NCBI RefSeq assembly: GCF_000143415.4
Contig: NW_003314361.1
Span: 62,001 to 126,000, forward strand
Origin: Selaginella moellendorffii
Taxonomy: Eukaryota; Plantae; Lycopodiophyta
Direction: 5' to 3'
Length of the DNA: 64,000 nt
Part shown: piece by piece, positions 62,341-64,000 of the stretch
Layout of the letters: every line of letters begins with the position of its first letter
Position numbering within the stretch: position 1 is the first letter of the stretch
Position numbers and translations under genes: made by a program
The notes under the pieces: generated by a model
The model's input: only the letters and a program-made list of their open reading frames with translations
Database searches by the model: none
What the model was told of the DNA's origin: nothing

Positions 62341-64000
62341 GTATAACGCCTACTCCAGTTCTAATATGTTAGGGTTCGACTCCAGCAAAATGGAGGAGAA
62401 ATTGGCTAAGGTGCAGGGTAACCCTAAACCCTGTATGGAGACCGCACGATCTTCATCCGATGACCCGGTGTTTTAGACCACTAACTCAATTATAAACACA
62501 GAAAACTTCTATCACGATAGGTGTGGTCATCCCTCCGGACGTCGTGAGTCAAGGGTCTTCTAGTCACCAAAGTGGAGAATGTTGCCAAGGCCATCCTGCC
62601 CACAATTGCCTACCACACTCATCCTCAATCGCCCACGACACTGTTATAACCTGCTTGGTTTTCACTAAATTGTTGAAAGAGTGTAAGCCAGGGCTCTTTC
62701 CACGAGACTGGGCGTTTTTTCAACTGGAGTATCTGACAGTTGAGGACGTGTTCCTGCAACTGGTTAATGAGTTGCTTGGTTTGGTCCGCAAAGTCGATCA
62801 AGTGCTCTCTTTGGTTACAAAATTTAGAACCTGCATTGGAAAGCTGGTCCAAGAGGTGGGTTGGGGGGATGGCACGGTTGTGCTCGACGAAGCTCAGGCA
62901 TTATTACAGTGCATGAAGGGCTGCTTCGTATCAAGCAAACTCCTCAGAAAGGGCAGTCTTTGTTGAATCCCATCGTCCTTGTGCTCAAGTCATATGGTGT
63001 GATGCGAAGTCCCCTGTTTGTTTACAGGAAAGAGCATGTTGACAGTTCTGCAGAATCTTCTTTCTGGAACTATGAAAACGTTTGATGTGGAAGAGATTTA
63101 CAGTCTACCTGTGTTCGATGGCAACACAGGAAGGAGAAGACTTTTATCAACCGCTATTGATGTATGGAGATTGAACCTAAATATCACAATATCACATCAT
63201 TCTGTCTTACCTGAGAGATAGTAAGTAAATATCAGATCTTCCATAAAGCTTGCCATCTCATGATCGTTCCACAGGAAACCTGCTTCATCTCTCAAAGAGT
63301 GATGGACTCCAAGTTCCCGGCCTGTTTTAGTGATCATCCTTCATGCATATTTCATGAACCAATCTGCAGCACTTTATCAGTTTTTCAGGTGCTGGACATG
63401 TGATTCAGAGGAGGGGCATGACCCTTGTAGACTGTGGTATTGCAAGTTTCCTTAAGAGCAGTGATGGAGCCAAACCTTTTGCACCAATAGTCAGAGGGGT
63501 CACCGATAATGAAGCTCAAGCTCCCGGTTTGTTAGTTACAACAAAGATTCACTATATAATCTTGCAAGAGCCCTGGTACATGCCAAAAGGTACATTCCTG
63601 GGATGCTTTATCAACAGATCTACCATACTTGGAATCAACTTACTCCTGAGTACATGGACTCTTTGAATACCGGGTCCATCCAGTCAATCCTTGCATTCTG
63701 GACCAGCAACTTCATACACCAGCTACCTGAGAGCAGCCGTGTGCATGGCTGCTTTGCGTCGTCCGAGGCATTCGAAACTCTCGCGCTGGTGAGAGCGTGT
63801 TTTCCTGTGACTATACGTAACGTGGCTGACGAGATGCACAGTGGCTCCAGAAATCCTTTCACCTGTCTCGTCATCCCACCCTGTGTAACTTCCATATCCA
63901 CGAGAGCAACAGCAGCTTGACGTGCCAGGAAGAGCAGGGTCAAGCTGAGCTCATGCTGCTGCCGGCAGACGAGCTCCTCGGGCAAGTGCTCAAGCCTTTG

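Noticed and set aside
62520-64000. Coding-like minus-strand fragments (62625-62852, 63635-63985)
   Set aside because: No recognisable motif and multiple stops; cannot be assigned without a database search

Overview
Repeat-dense land-plant nuclear DNA: TTTAGGG telomere motifs, tRNA-iMet PBSs and ~50-nt GT-AG introns. A Selaginella-like lycophyte or fern is my inference, not something the sequence proves. Most of the window is nested LTR retrotransposons. These comprise three copies of a Ty3/gypsy chromovirus family (F1: 1-2595, 44917-52450, 52451-58390), a second family with repeat-laden LTRs (F2: 13577-34904, plus a solo LTR at 39116-40643), two further LTR families (F3, F4), an Athila/Tat-type pol remnant and a tandem Cassandra-type TRIM carrying a 5S rRNA promoter domain. 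The standout is a 13.4-kb TIR-bounded DNA transposon (18221-31590, CACT...AGTG ends) inserted into F2. Its plus strand encodes a disrupted DDD/E transposase (HDKMD / QTDNAGSENKN / GHTHEDVD) with two En/Spm-TnpA-like N-terminal domains. Divergently, it encodes a multi-exon cargo gene with a ParB/Srx-like domain, a catalytically eroded beta-class DNA amino-methyltransferase-like fold and an FCP1/NIF-type HAD phosphatase-like domain. About 30 copies of a 22-bp palindrome (ATGGCRTGWGGCCWCAYGCCAT) are spread along the element, several inside short introns, suggesting a ParB/parS-like arrangement on a eukaryotic transposon. Also present: an older decayed transposase of the same family, a SWIM-finger pseudogene, an LRR-receptor gene 5' end captured in an LTR, a head-to-head telomere-repeat junction and a Crinkler/RHS-type NTPase-REase pseudogene. 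No intact ordinary host gene is evident. All domain calls were made by eye from motifs and need HMM or structure confirmation.
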